Under the pieces are notes generated by a model. The model was not told the origin of the DNA. It saw only the letters and a list, made by a program, of their open reading frames with translations, and ran no database searches. Position numbers and translations under genes: made by a program. Below are positions 25,061 to 38,050 of a DNA stretch of 64,000 bases, piece after piece; within the stretch, counting starts at the first letter, position 1, and each line of letters opens with the position of its first letter. The stretch is from contig JAYWIR010000099.1 in NCBI GenBank assembly GCA_036172245.1, forward strand, positions 62,001 through 126,000, read 5' to 3'. The stretch is from Raillietiella orientalis (lineage: Eukaryota).

Positions 25061-25949
25061 CGAATGAGATTTTCAACCTTGTGGATACTGACCAACGGAG
25101 TGACCGGCGTGGGTTTAGTGGGGTCACTTGAGACACGGGGGTGTGCACGGCTGTGCTTCGCTCGCCGGGATGTGGACCAAAACGGAGGATCCGATGGCTT
25201 TTCGAAAAGGTCATTTTTTTTTTTTTTCTTCCAGAGCCATTAAATGGAAGGCCCCGGGCAAAAACATCGGTTCCTGCAGCCTCCAGCAGCATACCGCGAT
25301 ATAGGAGAGATTGCTTCTTGAGTTAGCAGCACACCTCGGCACACCTTTCAGTCCACGTCTGAGCAAGACACTAATTGGAAGAACCCTCTCTCCTTCGGAG
25401 TCAGCTCCGAGTCAGCAAGGTCACGAAATCCCCTGACGGCCCTCTGGAAGAACTGCGGCTCGCGGGAGAAGCGATCAAATCCCTCTCTTCGATGCAGTCG
25501 TTCATGCCGGATCTTCTAGCAGCAGATCGTTGGCGGCCATACTGATTAGTCGAAGGCGATCGATGCGTGTTCCATGGCGACTTCCTGAGCTTCGCGAGTC
25601 CCGAGGAAATGCTGGGAGACGACGAGGCACCGAGCTCCGCTGGCTTCCGCTCCCCGTTGCAGGTGTCGTCCACGCGACCCGCATCACCCCCTTCGGGAGT
25701 CGCCGCAAGACATCGACGATTCTCATGGCTGGAGCGAAATTCGCACTTCCGGTATCCTTCGGTCTGGAACGCGACTTTCTCGGCACCTCTCTGAGGTCCG
25801 AGAAGCATGGCGGAGGGCACTGGGAATATCACAGCCCTCGGTCGCACCGACATGCCGCGACACCCCTCTGAGGCAGAAGTGCAGAAGAACCGCTTGCCCC
25901 CCTGAGGCGGCTCCTCACGTTAGGGGGGGAGGGATAACTCCACATGAGA

Positions 25950-26620
25950 CGCCCCACGAATCTGGTGATACTACAGAGCAGGGAGTCCGTTCCTCTCCAA
26001 ACCCTCTTCCTGAAAGATGCTCCAGAGAAAAATTTCGGAAAGCGAAACTTGCTGGGAAGGAGGAGACACTTTAGATATCCGGCTGATCTACCAGTGTCCG
26101 ATGCACCATCTCTTAATCTCCAACCAGTGAAGGTGGGCTTTGATCCTCACGAGATCACCTGCCGATGCTGTTTTGCTGAAGAGGTCGCAGCCACCTTTCA
26201 GGAGTTGAAACCAAGAGTAGCCGGCAGGCCAGAAGAGACGGTTAAGCCAAGGGCGCCACAACGATTCACCGTCTGCACGCTAGGATTCGATCACCAGAGC
26301 CCACCTGCTTGCGCTATTAGATGCGCCATGATGGAAGAACGCGTGAAGGCCTTGGAATTTCCTTTTTTAATATTATTCATTTTCTGGAATTGGGCAATCA
26401 GCTGATTCTCAATCCCAGAAAGGGAAGAACGTGTATCGATGCGAGCGTCGCACAATAAAGGGAATTTCTTATGCTGATGATGACCTGTGGGGTGGCTGAC
26501 TTCGGTCTCCGTGACCCTGACGACGGAAAACATCCGGAATGATTGGAAGGGGATTCTGGACGGACCGGGCGCGTCGCCATACCCCCCCAGGTACATTGGA
26601 GGGCGATCCTTGGAAGGGAA
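25950..26620 (-). pseudogene. Decayed LINE ORF2 fragments
   Basis: DAPGPSRIP (APGPDGIP-like), then LIAQAGGL and WLNRLFW (post-RT GGLG...W region). Confidence 0.45.
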
Positions 26621-27799
26621 CTCCCAGAGGGATGAAGCGACCGCATTACCTGCGAAATCTTCTCAAGCCGACTGACTGCCGCCAACCCTCCCCTCTTCGC
26701 TGATGGATTCACACGTTCTTCAATTATAGAACGGAGATTCATGTAGGACGAAGGATAATTCATCGCGGGTCCATGCGAAGGAGAATTGCCCCGTGCAGGT
26801 GAGAAGGTTTTCAAGAGCACACAGCACAGAAGGGAGTTCTTTTTCCAGAGAGCTGTCCGAGTTTCCCGGAGCCAGAATATTTATCTGCCGATGCACGTTC
26901 CCGCGTCCGTGCTCTCAGGGTTGGACTCGAGCGTTTCTGCATCAGATGGCTTTTTTTATTGACCCTTTGGGTGAGGGAGTCATCCGATCGAAGCGTCCCC
27001 CCGTGCTGGAGGCGCGCGGGTCGCCGTCGCTTCTTCGCGTGCCGCCGGCTCGATCGAGGCGCCGGTGGACTCTGCAAACTGCTGATCCAAGTCGCCATTG
27101 CAGCTGTACATTCACGCCACATTGAATAAAACATTTTTTTCCTTCTTCCCAGACGCATGTCGTTTGCTTGAAAATCACCATCCGAATAAACCAATGACTC
27201 CTTTGCTAAGGTGTCGCAAAGGTGGAAAAACGGCGTGGTAACTTCCACGCGGACAGCCCGCCGCCATGAGCGGAATTTTGTTTGCCGTCGTTGCCAAGGC
27301 AACGATGGGAGCGTGAGCGCACGCGTCCATCCCAAGCATGGACGGTGCCGACTTCTGCGGTGCGTGCAGCACGGTGCGGACATCGGTCAAGCTCGTGGAT
27401 GCGTCCACGGCGCACGCCGGGAGTCTTCCTCGGACTTGTGGATGCGTCCACGGCACTCGAAGGGTTAAACCTGGTGGCGAAGTGATCGGCTCTGCGCAGG
27501 GACCGCCGACGGCTTCGAAGCGCGCAGAAACTACGCGGTCCACGCAGGTCCAGCGCACGGCATCTACCAAGAGGAGATTCGCTTGCATCTGCTCGCGGGA
27601 AGCGACAAGCCCGTTACGAGCACCGTCGGAAGCTGTGAGTCTTCTGCGTCAGGAGCAAGCTCCGTACGTTATGAACAGAGGTAAGCCGAGGTACTTTGTT
27701 CGGGTCAGGAACAAGCAGCTAGAGGGCAAACGTGACCCAATGGTAAGTCGGCCGGTCGAAGAAGCTCGCGGCCATCAGTGCAGCGATTTCCTGTTTTGA

Positions 27800-28090
27800 A
27801 GCGCGCGCTGCGGCCTCCGCGAGTTGGCTCCCAATGTCGCGGGTTCGAATCCCCGTGCGGAACGTCGACACCGAGAAGTGGGTGGGACTTCGAGTACCCT
27901 TGCAAGGTGCCCCTTCCAGGCTTAAGAGGAACGGACTCTTTCTGCGGAGGCTACCCGGATTCACAGGGTGGTCCCTACGGCGCCATCTCCTGACTGAAGA
28001 GTTGACACGCACCCTCGGGTGGCGTGGTCGGTGTCAGAGAGCTTCGGCCCAAGGAGGCGAAAGGGCGGGTCTTCAGCACTCGGCGCAGTG
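27800..28090 (+). repeat. Dispersed repeat B copy (internally deleted)
   Basis: gggttcgaatccc...gtcgacaccgagaagtgg...gacacgcaccctcgggtggcgt. Confidence 0.8.
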
Positions 28091-28599
28091 CTTCCAAATC
28101 AGCAGATAAGGTTCTTCAGCTACTTATACTCATATCAAGCGGAAGTGTGCGCGGTGCTCAGGTAAGAGGAAGGTGGCAAGAAAAAATAAAAAATCTTGAA
28201 AGATGCTGCTGAGTAGGAGCTTCGGGTTGTCATTTACCGAAGAAAAAGAAGCAAAAGTCCTCGAAGTGGTGGAGTTGCGCCGATATTGCTACTATTGATG
28301 AGGTTCACTGTTGCCCAGCTACCACTCGCTGCATCATCCTTGCAGAATCGTGCGATCTTCACCATTTGCATCGGGGAAGCAGAGCTACCGGAGGCATTTG
28401 AAGAGCACGGAAAAACCCTGGCGGCCCGTGTTGCTGCGCCACTTAGAGTTCTTTGATTCCACGTAAATTGCAGGGGGAGAGGTCAGGCGTCCCGTTCTTT
28501 TGGGTGTCTTCTTTTTTCCATGAGCGCCAGCAGCGAACTCGCGGGGAGATCCTCGCTGCTGGTCGAGGATGATGGGAAGAAACCCTCTGGGCGTCTTTT

Positions 28600-30010
28600 G
28601 CTTTCACTGCTTCCCTTCCAGCTTTTTTTCTTTTTTTGGTTCCCAAGGAGTGCGGGAGAACCGTTCGCCTCCTTAGGGCGAAGCTCTTTGACCCCTCAAA
28701 CGCCACCCGAGGGTGCGTGTGACTCCTCAAGTTAGAAGACGACCGCGTAGAGACCACCCTGTGAATCCAGGGAGGCTGCGTTGGAATGGGTTCGTTGCTC
28801 TTACGCTTGAGAGGAAAACCCCGAAGGGAATCCTCGCCCTGGTTGTCTTCGAAGAGGACCCGGAAAGAATCCGCTCCTGAAATTTCTTCTCCGGAGGCAA
28901 CCCACAAGGGATCGCTCCTGGCTACTCCTCTGAAGGACACTCCGAAAAGACACTTCCTAATTTCTCTGAAGAGTTCTTCCCGAAGGCAGCAGCGCGCTTC
29001 TTGACGCTCTGGATAAGTATCAATCAACCAGCTCCGTGGTGCGCGATGCAGGCGCTCCATGGAAACGGCTTTATTTTCACAACTGGAGAGGAACTCTGAA
29101 GGAAACCCTGCTTCGGTTGTCTCCGAAGGAAACTCCGGAGAAATGCTTTCTAATTTCTGTGAAAACTCGCTCCCCGGAGGGAATGGCGCCAGCAGAGGCG
29201 ACCTCCCGAGGGCGACATGAAGCAGCTCCGTGCCACGTGATGGTACGGCTTCATCTTCGCAAACTTCGGGAAACTGCGGAGGAAACCGGCCCATTGGTGT
29301 GCTGGAAGCACCCCGGAGGGTCAGCTTCCAATCACGACAAGCCAACGGCGGCATCCAGTTTCCAGCTTCCACCAGTACCGCAACTCGCGGCGGCGACACC
29401 AGAGACGTTTTGAAGCGCCTCTTCTTGCGCGACGTCCTCACGCTGTCCGCATCCCTAGCAGTAATTTGCTGCCCACGCGGCGGGGCCGTGGCTGCATGGA
29501 GCAGCGCTAGAGGAGGCCAGGACGGCAGGAACGCCATCTACTTCCTCATGAAGAGGGCAGCGTCAAAATGGCCCCATCTGGCAGTCCCCGAACAGGAACT
29601 TGCCGACATCCTCACAAGGATGCAGAGGACGCCCTCCAGCACACAGTGATCTCTTCCCGAACCCCCCTCATTTTTCGACTCCATGTTTTTTGTTTTATTT
29701 TTTTTCTTTTTGTTCGTCTCCCCTTCCCCTGTGCTGCCGAGGCGAACCCCGCTGGTCTGCGTGCCAGTTTCCGGCAGGTTCCTCCTCGTATTTGTAGGTA
29801 AAGTGGCAGAATCAAACGTTCTGCCACACACATGTATGTTTATTTCTTATAAATGAACGCCTCAGCGTGACCAGGTGTCGTGACCAGTGCCGCATCGGAA
29901 GCCAACCAAGGCCATCCCGCTTCGTCCTGCGGGAAGACACGGACCCACGACGTACCCCCGTTCTTCGAGTCGATCCTCCTCCACGTTTGAATTCGAACAC
30001 GCGCGGGGCA
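28600..30010 (-). repeat. Dispersed repeat B copy interrupted by a family A insertion
   Basis: B 3' part at 28600-29382 and B 5' part at 29883-30010, which are contiguous once the insert is removed. An internal ~170-bp duplication lies within about 28930-29290. Confidence 0.8.
29383..29882 (+). mobile_element. Family A (A1-type) 5'-truncated insertion in repeat B
   Basis: TSD accagtaccgca (29371-29382) / accagtgccgca (29883-29894). Encodes RDVLKRLFLRD...KWPHL...ILTRMQ. End aatgaacgcctcagcgtgaccaggtgtcgtg. Confidence 0.9.
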
Positions 30011-31585
30011 CCGCAGCTAAGCGGCCGCCGCCAACGCATCTTTTATTGACCTTGTGTGGGAGGGTCTCAAGTGGTGTTCCTCGCTCCTGCACGACGACAC
30101 GCTCCTGCCGCTGTTCGCGAACCGGAGGTCCGTACCGCTGGTTTCATCCTAAGCAAATGTTTGCACGGAAGTTTCGACTGCTTCTCCATGCAACTGCCAT
30201 TCCACTCTCTCCTGCAACGGCTGCTGCCCTCCCACCAACAAAAAAAGCTTTCGTTGCATCTCCGCGGCTGCCTTCGTCTCTGTGGAACTGCACCGATTTT
30301 CTGCCTACTGGGACGTCCTGGCCGAAATTTCCACTCCGCCTTTCTTCTCTTCCGAGTTGCCAGCTGTCGGCACTTCCTCCTCGCTCCTCCGAGTCGCCTT
30401 TTGGAAGCTGTGGGCTGGACAACGGGGCCACCTGGCATGGTCTGCTTCAGCTTCTCATCCGGCTGGAAACCTTCAGCTTCGAGGCCACACCCGTAGGTTT
30501 AGCTCCGTTGGATTCCTCCTCCTGCGGCTTGGTCAGCGTGCAACCCGCTGGCCACTGGTTTCTCCTAATGAACTTTCCTTTCCTCCCCTTCGCCAGTGAT
30601 GCGTGCCCACGCTCGTGGTGACTCTTGTCGGTGCTGAATCAAAAGCTTGATGTGGATTCCCCTTGACCTCACTTGTCCGTAAAGGCTGTTTCAGCTCCGG
30701 CTCGAAAGTGCGCCCCTTCGCCCCATTGCGTCAGCTGGGAAAATCAGTTCCTTGTTTGCGGCAGCTGCCGATTGCTCAACGCCGGGATGGTGAGAGCCAT
30801 TGCAGAGGCTCCGATGCGCGCGGACTGCCCGGAAGCAAGTCCGGGGTCGAGCGACAGGTCGGGCAGCCCGTGTTGGCTGCACGAGCGGCGCCCGAAACGC
30901 GCTGGCTCCAGCAGAGGCGCGCGCTCCTCGCTGCACGCTGATTTGCACCCTCTGGCGCCGAGGCGTTCATTTCACAAAAATAGAGGAAACCTACAGGCTG
31001 GTAAAGCAACCGTCGAGGCGACGATTTTTTAATGAAAAGGTCGAAAGGAACTTCAAGGGGAAGGGTTCACTGACACACCTGACCGGTTTCCTGAACGTCC
31101 AGAGCGAGGGGATAGGGACAAAAATCAAAAACAAAAATAAATTGGAAAACAGGGGAAGGGGCTTCGGCTTTTCCCGTTCCTTCATGAAACATCGCTCTGC
31201 ACTCAGAGACACCAGTCGAGAGAGACTTTGCGGAGCAGCTGCTTTCGGAGGGCGCATCGGCGGGAAAAGGGTAGGGGCGCCCACGTGTATCAGTCCCTTT
31301 CGGTGGCGGGGACCGCCGATGGCAACGGAAAACTCAAAAAGTGCAAAGCACCAGGAAAGGATCGGCAGTCGGCCGGGTCCTTCCAGCTTTTTCCCGCGGG
31401 AAAAAGTTGGAAGGACCCAAGTGGCGCCGCCTGGAGTGGAACTCGCGATGATGATTCGAGAGGGGAGCATGGTAACTGCCTCTTCCGGATAGCTCGAGTC
31501 CGCCTACCCGGAAACGAGGTCACCTGCATAGCGCATCAGCTTAGGTTGGGTAAGGTTGGGTTTCGCCCGGTTAGGTCAGCACAGG

Positions 31586-31928
31586 CCCATCGAGGGCCGG
31601 AGAAGCAGGCGACTCGTCGACAGGCCAACGGAATAGCCGACGAGTCGGCTGCCGGGTGGGCTCATCTTCCGGAAGACGCGAGGAACGAGATCTCCGGCAT
31701 CCAACGGCGGTTCTGAAAGGAGGGAACGGCCGAAGCCAAAGACCCCCTCCATATTTTTATTTCTATTTTTCATGTGTGTATTTGTGGTCCTCTCCCTTCC
31801 GTTGCGGACTTTCGGATGTACCGACCTGCGTGTCGGGGAGCCCTAACTTCGTTTTTCAGTGTCCTTTGTCCGGGAACTTGGTTCCCTGATAGTTTAGCAA
31901 TAAACTCCCCGGCGCACCCGGGTGAGAA
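31586..31928 (+). mobile_element. Family A (A2-type) short insertion
   Basis: Perfect TSD tcagcacagg (31576-31585 / 31929-31938). Encodes GWAHLPEDARNEISGIQRRF*. End aataaactccccggcgcacccgggtgagaa. Confidence 0.9.
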
Positions 31929-31976
31929 TCAGCACAGGTGAACTGACCTGAGACGAGGTCAGCTCACCTGTGCTGA
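31929..31976. repeat. 21-bp-arm palindrome within degenerate TTAGG-like sequence
   Basis: tcagcacaggtgaactgacct-gagacg-aggtcagctcacctgtgctga, 20/21 paired. Confidence 0.9.
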
Positions 31977-33104
31977 AGTGAAGTGAGGTTATATTAATTT
32001 AAATCTAATTAGTCCGTGTTCGGTTAGTTAGACTTTGTCATGTTGAGTTAGTTTGGATGAGGTCAGTTTAGGTTTGGTTCTGTAGTTGCGGCTCAGTGTG
32101 CAACAGGAGAGGAATGCGCTCCCAGGCATCGCGTCCACTACTCAAAGGGAGTTCAGAATACTGGCCATCAGATGGGAGGTCCATTCATGTGATTGGATAT
32201 TAATGTGATAGGAACAGTTTTTATTTCGGAAGACTGGGAAGAAGCAGAAGAATAAAAATCAATATAAATATATAATGAATAAACAGTGTATTTAAATATT
32301 TTTGTTACATAATGATGTTAAAATTATGTAAATTTATGCTAAAATATATTTATATCGATTGATTAAATGATATTAAAAATCACAAAACACAGCATATTCC
32401 AACCTGATTTGACCTATCCTAACCTTTGTGAACTGAGAAGCGTGGGTGCTCTCGAAACAGTGGCTCGCGCGCCTAGGTCAGGTCGCAAACCCGTTCTCAT
32501 CCCAGCGCTGTCTTGTGCCGCCCCTGGAAGCCGCAAGTCGACAGACCAGAAAGCGGTGGAAACGCCGGGAACTTTTGGGATCGCTCTCAGCCTCGAGCAG
32601 GCGTTCGACCGCGTGGTACTCCTTCGGGAGCTTCCAAGGACGCTCGGGCCTCGCTCGAACTCTTCTCCTCTGTCTGCAGCTCGCTCTGGCGCGACGCGCC
32701 CATGAACGGCGCTTCCGAGACGTGCAGTGCCCGCCAGTGAGGAGGGCCGACTTCCGGTTACGGTCTCCTGGGCACTCCGCCTGTCACTTCCACCTCAATG
32801 GTCGGAAAGGTCGTTAACTTTAAGCGTCATCAGCCTCCGGCTGTTTGGTCCCGAATTGCGGCTCCACTAAAATAAACACCAGCACACGAGACGATTCCGT
32901 TTCACGGCCGTCAGCATGAGCGACGTCCTCACCAACCTCAGGCACCTAAATTTTCCAACCTCCCGTCTCTCCCCATCCCCCGTCCCCTGTTTCCCTTGCG
33001 AGAACTTGGCTTCCGGGCCATTTGGCTTGGTCTCAAGAGAAGCATAAAAAACCACTCCCCGCTTTATGGTGGGAGCCACTTGCCTGTGGCTTTTCTGATA
33101 AGGC

Positions 33105-33440
33105 GGAAAATGGCGGACGTGTGGCCGAGGCCTGCACGCGTGGTCTTGGGCATTGCGGGTTTGGATGCCACCACCCGGAGAGGGGTCGACACCGAGAAGT
33201 GCGTCGTTTGCGGATTCGAGTTCTCCCCGCGAGATTGCGCTGATGGGTCTTCGTCGGCTTCGGGTGCGGCACTGTTAGAAGCCGGACGCTCCCGTTGACT
33301 GGTCGGGATTGAGGGTCGACCCTCCGGGGTCCTTCATGACACCAAGGATCTGGATCCCGCCGCAGTTTCCTGAAGGTTGAGTAGAAGGGCCCGTACCATC
33401 GCGTACCATGGGGCTACTTGATACCCCCCTCGGGGGTCGG
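33105..33440 (+). repeat. Dispersed repeat B copy (5' half)
   Basis: MADVW...GVDTEKCVVCGFEF...AALLEAG, PVDWSGLRVDPPGSF. Confidence 0.8.
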
Positions 33441-33449
33441 CCACCTCCG

Positions 33450-34110
33450 CGGAGTGCAAGAAGTGTCTTCCTCCGGAATGTCCGGCAGCTCACCATAGCG
33501 TCAAAGTTCTCGGGTTGGGAAATTCGGGGTCGCAGCGTCCGTGAGCTGGCCCGTCGTCCACTCACCCAGTCCCCTCCCCCTGGCAAAGATTTCCACACGA
33601 ACCGCCCATCTAGCCAGAAGGCTGTTGCCCGTATGTTGCCTCAGGGAGAACAGTGTTGCGGAGAGGGAGATCCTTCCCTCCTATGCACTTTTTTCAGGAT
33701 CTAGGAGGATCTTCTGGAGCAGGAGGATGTCGTGAAGCCCGCACAGAAAACGTCGCTCCTAGTTGCTCTCCCACGCGCGGACGGTTTCCTGCAACCAGGC
33801 GCCCCCGTCAACAAGGAGGCAGGGGATCCATCCCGTGTTCTTCCTGGACAACGCAGCCTCCCGCCAGAGCCGCATTCCTCAGTGGGGGAGACTGTAGCGA
33901 CGGCGCACAAGGAAGGGCTCGCATCCCATGCTGCCGGTGGCCTGCTCGATGAGCAGGGTCGCATCAGATGGGGCGCTACACCCTCGCCACGAGGCAGGAG
34001 TCCGAAGCTGGAGCCGCTGCGGCTCCAGCTGCGCCAGCATCAGGGGGACCATCCCGCCGTCCCAGCGCGGGGAGCACGGGTCCTTCGCTCAAACTCAGGA
34101 CCTCCGCTTT
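33450..34110 (-). mobile_element. Family A1 ORF2 post-RT fragment
   Basis: The reverse complement of 33470-33590 matches 11715-11835 (ggactgggtgagtggacgacgggccagct...). 33605-33670 matches 15765-15829. Confidence 0.7.
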
Positions 34111-34399
34111 CCCCAAAAGGCAATCCTTAGAAGGTTCCCCGTCCTCTCTCTGATGTCCTCAGGTGGTCGTTGAGGACATGGAAGATAAAACAGCTGCTAT
34201 CAGGGTTCCCAGTCGCCAAAGCGTCAACACACGCACGCATTTTCCTGGACCGTGCTTTTCAGCTCCTGGTTCCGTTCCCGGCAGGGGCTTCCTAGCGCCG
34301 TGCGCGTCGATGGAGGATGCTCTCAACGAGGGAAGGGGACCAGCAGTGATTGCTGGCGCGCACAGCACGCGGATGGCGGATAGGCAGGCGACCTGAAGA

Positions 34400-35520
34400 A
34401 GGGCGACGGCGACGTAAGGAGAGGAAGCAGCCGCTGGTCTCGGATTCGGCGATTCCCGGAGGCGACCCGACAATAACTCCGACGTGACAGGCACCCGGAG
34501 CCACGGGAAAGACCCCACGCGGCACGACCGCCTCGGACCTCGCCTGCCCGCGCGGGAACGTAGCAGCGGCCGCTCTTGCTGGCCGAAGAGAGAGGTGCTC
34601 GTGGCAGCGACGTTCGAGGAGATCCGGGAACCCGCGGGTTATCCCGACAGGCAGCAGGAAACATGCAGCCTCTCGAGTGCCACCCTCGAGGGAAAGACGG
34701 AGATTCACCCACCTGCCCTCGCGTGCTCTTCTCAAAGTCGGCGAAGCCCTGGAGTCGGGCTGTCTCCAGGAAGAAGACGAGGACAGTGACAACGACAGGA
34801 GAGTCGGGCGCTGCGACCTTGCAAAGCCATCGTCTGGCTGGCGGCCACAACCCCCCAGTGCTCCAGGATGTCCCTCCCGACCCAATCGCCAGGTCTTCTC
34901 TGCGCAGGTGCGGAGCAGAGTCCCTTCTGCACCTTCTAGTAGACTGCGTTGCCCTCCGTCCCCTGCGAGAACGCGTCTTCGCCGCTCACTGCGGATTCCT
35001 GAGGGCAACCCCAGAGGGGTTCTGAAGCGCCTCTTCCTGCGCGACGCCCTCACGCCAGCCGCATCCCCAGCAGCACTTTGCTTCCCACGAGGCGGGATCG
35101 TGGCTGCACGAAAGAACACCAGAGGAGGCCAGGACGGCAGGGACGCCATCTATTTTGGTGTCCTCTTCATGAGGACAGCGTCAAGGTGCCCCACCTGGAA
35201 GTCTTCAAACAGGAGCTTGCTGGCATCCTTACAGGGATGCAGAAGACGCCCTCCAGCACCTGGTGATCCCTTCCCGAACCTCCCTTTCCATTTTTTGTAC
35301 ATATTTTTTGCATTATTTTTACTATAAATAAACGCCCTGGAGTGATCGGGTGTCAAACCAGGACTTTCTGGCGGAGTCGCGTGCTTATCGGTTGACTCAG
35401 TCCGTTTTCTTGACCTCTGGGGAAGAAGCCACACCAACGTTCCCTGACTGCGATGTCTGCGCCCTTCCCCCCCTCCTTCTCTCCCGGTGTGACGACCCTC
35501 TGGTGCGCCGGCTGCCGAAA
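34400..35520 (+). repeat. Repeat C copy interrupted by family A
   Basis: Homology to 23180-23500 (reverse) on both sides of the insert at 34903-35357. Confidence 0.6.
34903..35357 (+). mobile_element. Family A (A1-type) 5'-truncated insertion
   Basis: RRCGAESLLHLLVDC. End aataaacgccctggagtgatcgggtgtcaaa. Imperfect TSD ccaggtcttctctg (34889-34902) / ccaggactttctg (35358-35370). Confidence 0.85.
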
Positions 35521-36139
35521 CGCTCTGAAAGCCGAAGTCATCGAACATGAAGAAACAAAAACAGAAAAAGGCAGCTGAACGGACCTCTCCAGTCCCCACA
35601 GTCTTCGATAGGGGGGGGGGGGTGCCAGGCAGCACACCGAATGCCGGAAGAACTCCGCCGCTGAAGAAATCAGAAAGGAACAAACGCATCCCGCAGAAGA
35701 GCGAAAACTGAGAACCCAGGAACCCGCCCGACGCATTCGCTCAGGAGCCGCTTTGAAAGCTCACGCTCCTCGAGGGTCGGTAGGGGAGCTGTCCTCTCCT
35801 TGGGGGCTGCTGCTGAAAAGATCCTCCCGGAAGAACCAGCTTTCGACCTCCTCGGAGGGCGCACAGAATGCCGAAGCCCTGGGCCAACAAAACGTTCCTT
35901 CAAAGAACGAATTCCGGCGACTGCGAGCAATCCTGACCGCACTCGATTCCGGAAGCTGCTCCCTGCGAAACCGAGAGGCGTCGGAAGACACCAGAGAGAA
36001 CACTCGCACCTCAAGGAAACGCCAAAGGGAGCACTCATTTCAACCTCATTGCGCATTAGCGAAAGACTCCGCTGAGCTCGGGGGCTGTCCCAAAGAGCCC
36101 GCCTCACCAGGGGTACGTCCCCTTTTCACCGTCCAGCCC

Positions 36140-36455
36140 CTTGCCCCTTGCCAGTGCGGCTCTCTCTTAAAAATGCTAGAAACAGTGACTTCCCGGCAAG
36201 ATGGCCAGTGTCCTGCCGTATCCAAGGCAGCAAAAATCTTTTAAGCACGTGGGCAACTCGGCGACTGGCGGACGTGCGATCCCGAGCTTCCCATCTAAAG
36301 GACTTTCACGCTGGGGCGAGTTGCCGCTCGCCACACCTCCGGAGGAGATGAAGCTGCCCCCAGCTTGTTGGGGCAGTGGCACCTTCCCCTCCGAGTAGCA
36401 AGAGGTGGCTTTGCTGGTGTTGCATTCGAGAATCCCATGCAAAGCACTCTTCCAT
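36140..36455 (+). mobile_element. Family A ORF2 fragment (3'-truncated)
   Basis: LLSTWATRRLAD...KGLSRWGEL...QEVALLVLH, homologous to 14580-14880. Confidence 0.7.
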
Positions 36456-37649
36456 CACTGATTTTTTTAAATCGCCGAATGAATTGGCAATTTGTGTTTA
36501 GTGAAGCCGGCTGTTGCCTTGCGTTTTTCTCCGAACGCGCTACATGGGGTGTGCAAATCATCAGAATGCACCAACGCACATGTGGTCGAAAGCTCATTTG
36601 ATCCCTGGTTACTTGGCAGCCCGTGGTTTCCGGAGAAGCCGTTCCGTCTAATTTGGGAAAACAAGAAATCCTCGTTCGGGGCCCTCGCAAGATGAATTTT
36701 CGAGTTCCACACCTACGCCCACAATTTCATGGTATTTATAAGCCTTGCTGTAAATCATTATGGCTGCCTGCCTTGATCGTGGTTCCTCCTTTAATCTCTC
36801 TCCCAGCGCTCATTGAAAGAGTTGGTGTCTACCATAGAGACCATCTATAGCAGCTTTTTTATCAAAGAAACTATTTTTTTGTTGTTGTTGTTGTTTTTGG
36901 CTTTTAAGGAAAGAAAAATGTCACCCTTTTGCCTTTGTTCACAGCTTATTTCTTAGGTTTCCTTCCGATATTTCCAAGAGACCAGAAGACGGCAACAAGG
37001 TCGGAACCTGTGAAATGGACCGGGTGGCCAATGTGCTCCCCAAGAACGCACACAGACTCTGCGCGTTCTGCCTGAGCCCAGCGACAGCCTCCCACGAAAT
37101 ATGGGATCTCCCTTTAGCTCTCAGAAAGCCTTCGGTCCAGACGCCGGCACGATCGCCTCTCTTGATAACACGTGACCAGCGCTCCATTCGGAATTTCGAG
37201 AATGCCTGCTGCTTCCAAGAAGAGACCATGCCGTCGAAATGTGGTGCTCGCGAAAGACACACAGCAGCGCGGGCTCGAGGATGCAAAAATGGCGGCGGTG
37301 GTCGCATACAACGCGGGTCAATCAGCTCCGTGCGACGCTGGGTGGACACATTTTGCTTCAGTCCGGCCGTTTTCGAAAGCGGTGGCGCTTGGCTTTAGCC
37401 GGCCGAATTTTGTTTCATTCAAATTTTCGTGAATAAAACACTGCAGCATCCAGCGAAGAGGATGGTGGAGCCGAAAGTTGTTTCAGCTGATTGCGCATCA
37501 TCCAAATTCCATGATGCCTTCTTCGACTGGATGCTACATAACGGGCAAGCACTTTTCCTCTCATCTTAAGGTGAAGGGAAAACTGTCGCAACTTTCGAGG
37601 TACATTTTCTATAAATACCGTCGTGGTATGCATCCATCGTACCTCGTAT

Positions 37650-38050
37650 GACTCAGAACACGATAAAGGAGCCTCCTGTACACGGAATTTGGTTTAGAAT
37701 GTGTACCGGAACTTCCTCTTTGGTCGAACAGGCTGTGGTCAAACAGTGTGCGGTCGTGCGCGTCGCACAATCCACCCAGGGAGACCCAAACTCCTTGGTA
37801 CTGTACCGTTCTCTGTATTTTCCCAACACCCAGCTGATACGAAAGAGATCGTGCATCACTCAGCTCGCTGCTGCATCCAGTTTCTTCTCTCCCCTCGAGC
37901 TGACCGAATGCTGCAGGCCTGCCGGCTTGCGGAGATGAAGGTCTGCCTACTCCGGCCGTCGAGAAAGTTCCTCGATTCCAGAAAGGCCTTCAGCCACCTG
38001 ATGTGTTCTTCGCCGTCACGTGAGATAAACTCTCGCGTTGGGAGGAGGTC
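37650..38050 (-). pseudogene. Possible non-LTR RT fragment
   Basis: HIRWLKAFLESR and a later QYQGVWV (KYLGV-like). Weak. Confidence 0.3.

Noticed and set aside
27800..27860. tRNA gene (GGTTCGAATCC)
   Set aside because: I cannot build a cloverleaf. The motif is the head of repeat B.
28443..29537. Longest ORF (364 aa) as a real gene, and B(-)/A(+) as one bidirectional or twin-primed element
   Set aside because: The ORF runs across an insertion junction. The TSD at 29371/29883 and the continuation of B beyond 29894 show a simple antisense insertion.
31980..32430. True telomere or healed chromosome end
   Set aside because: The TTAGG-like tracts are short, degenerate, internal and in both orientations.
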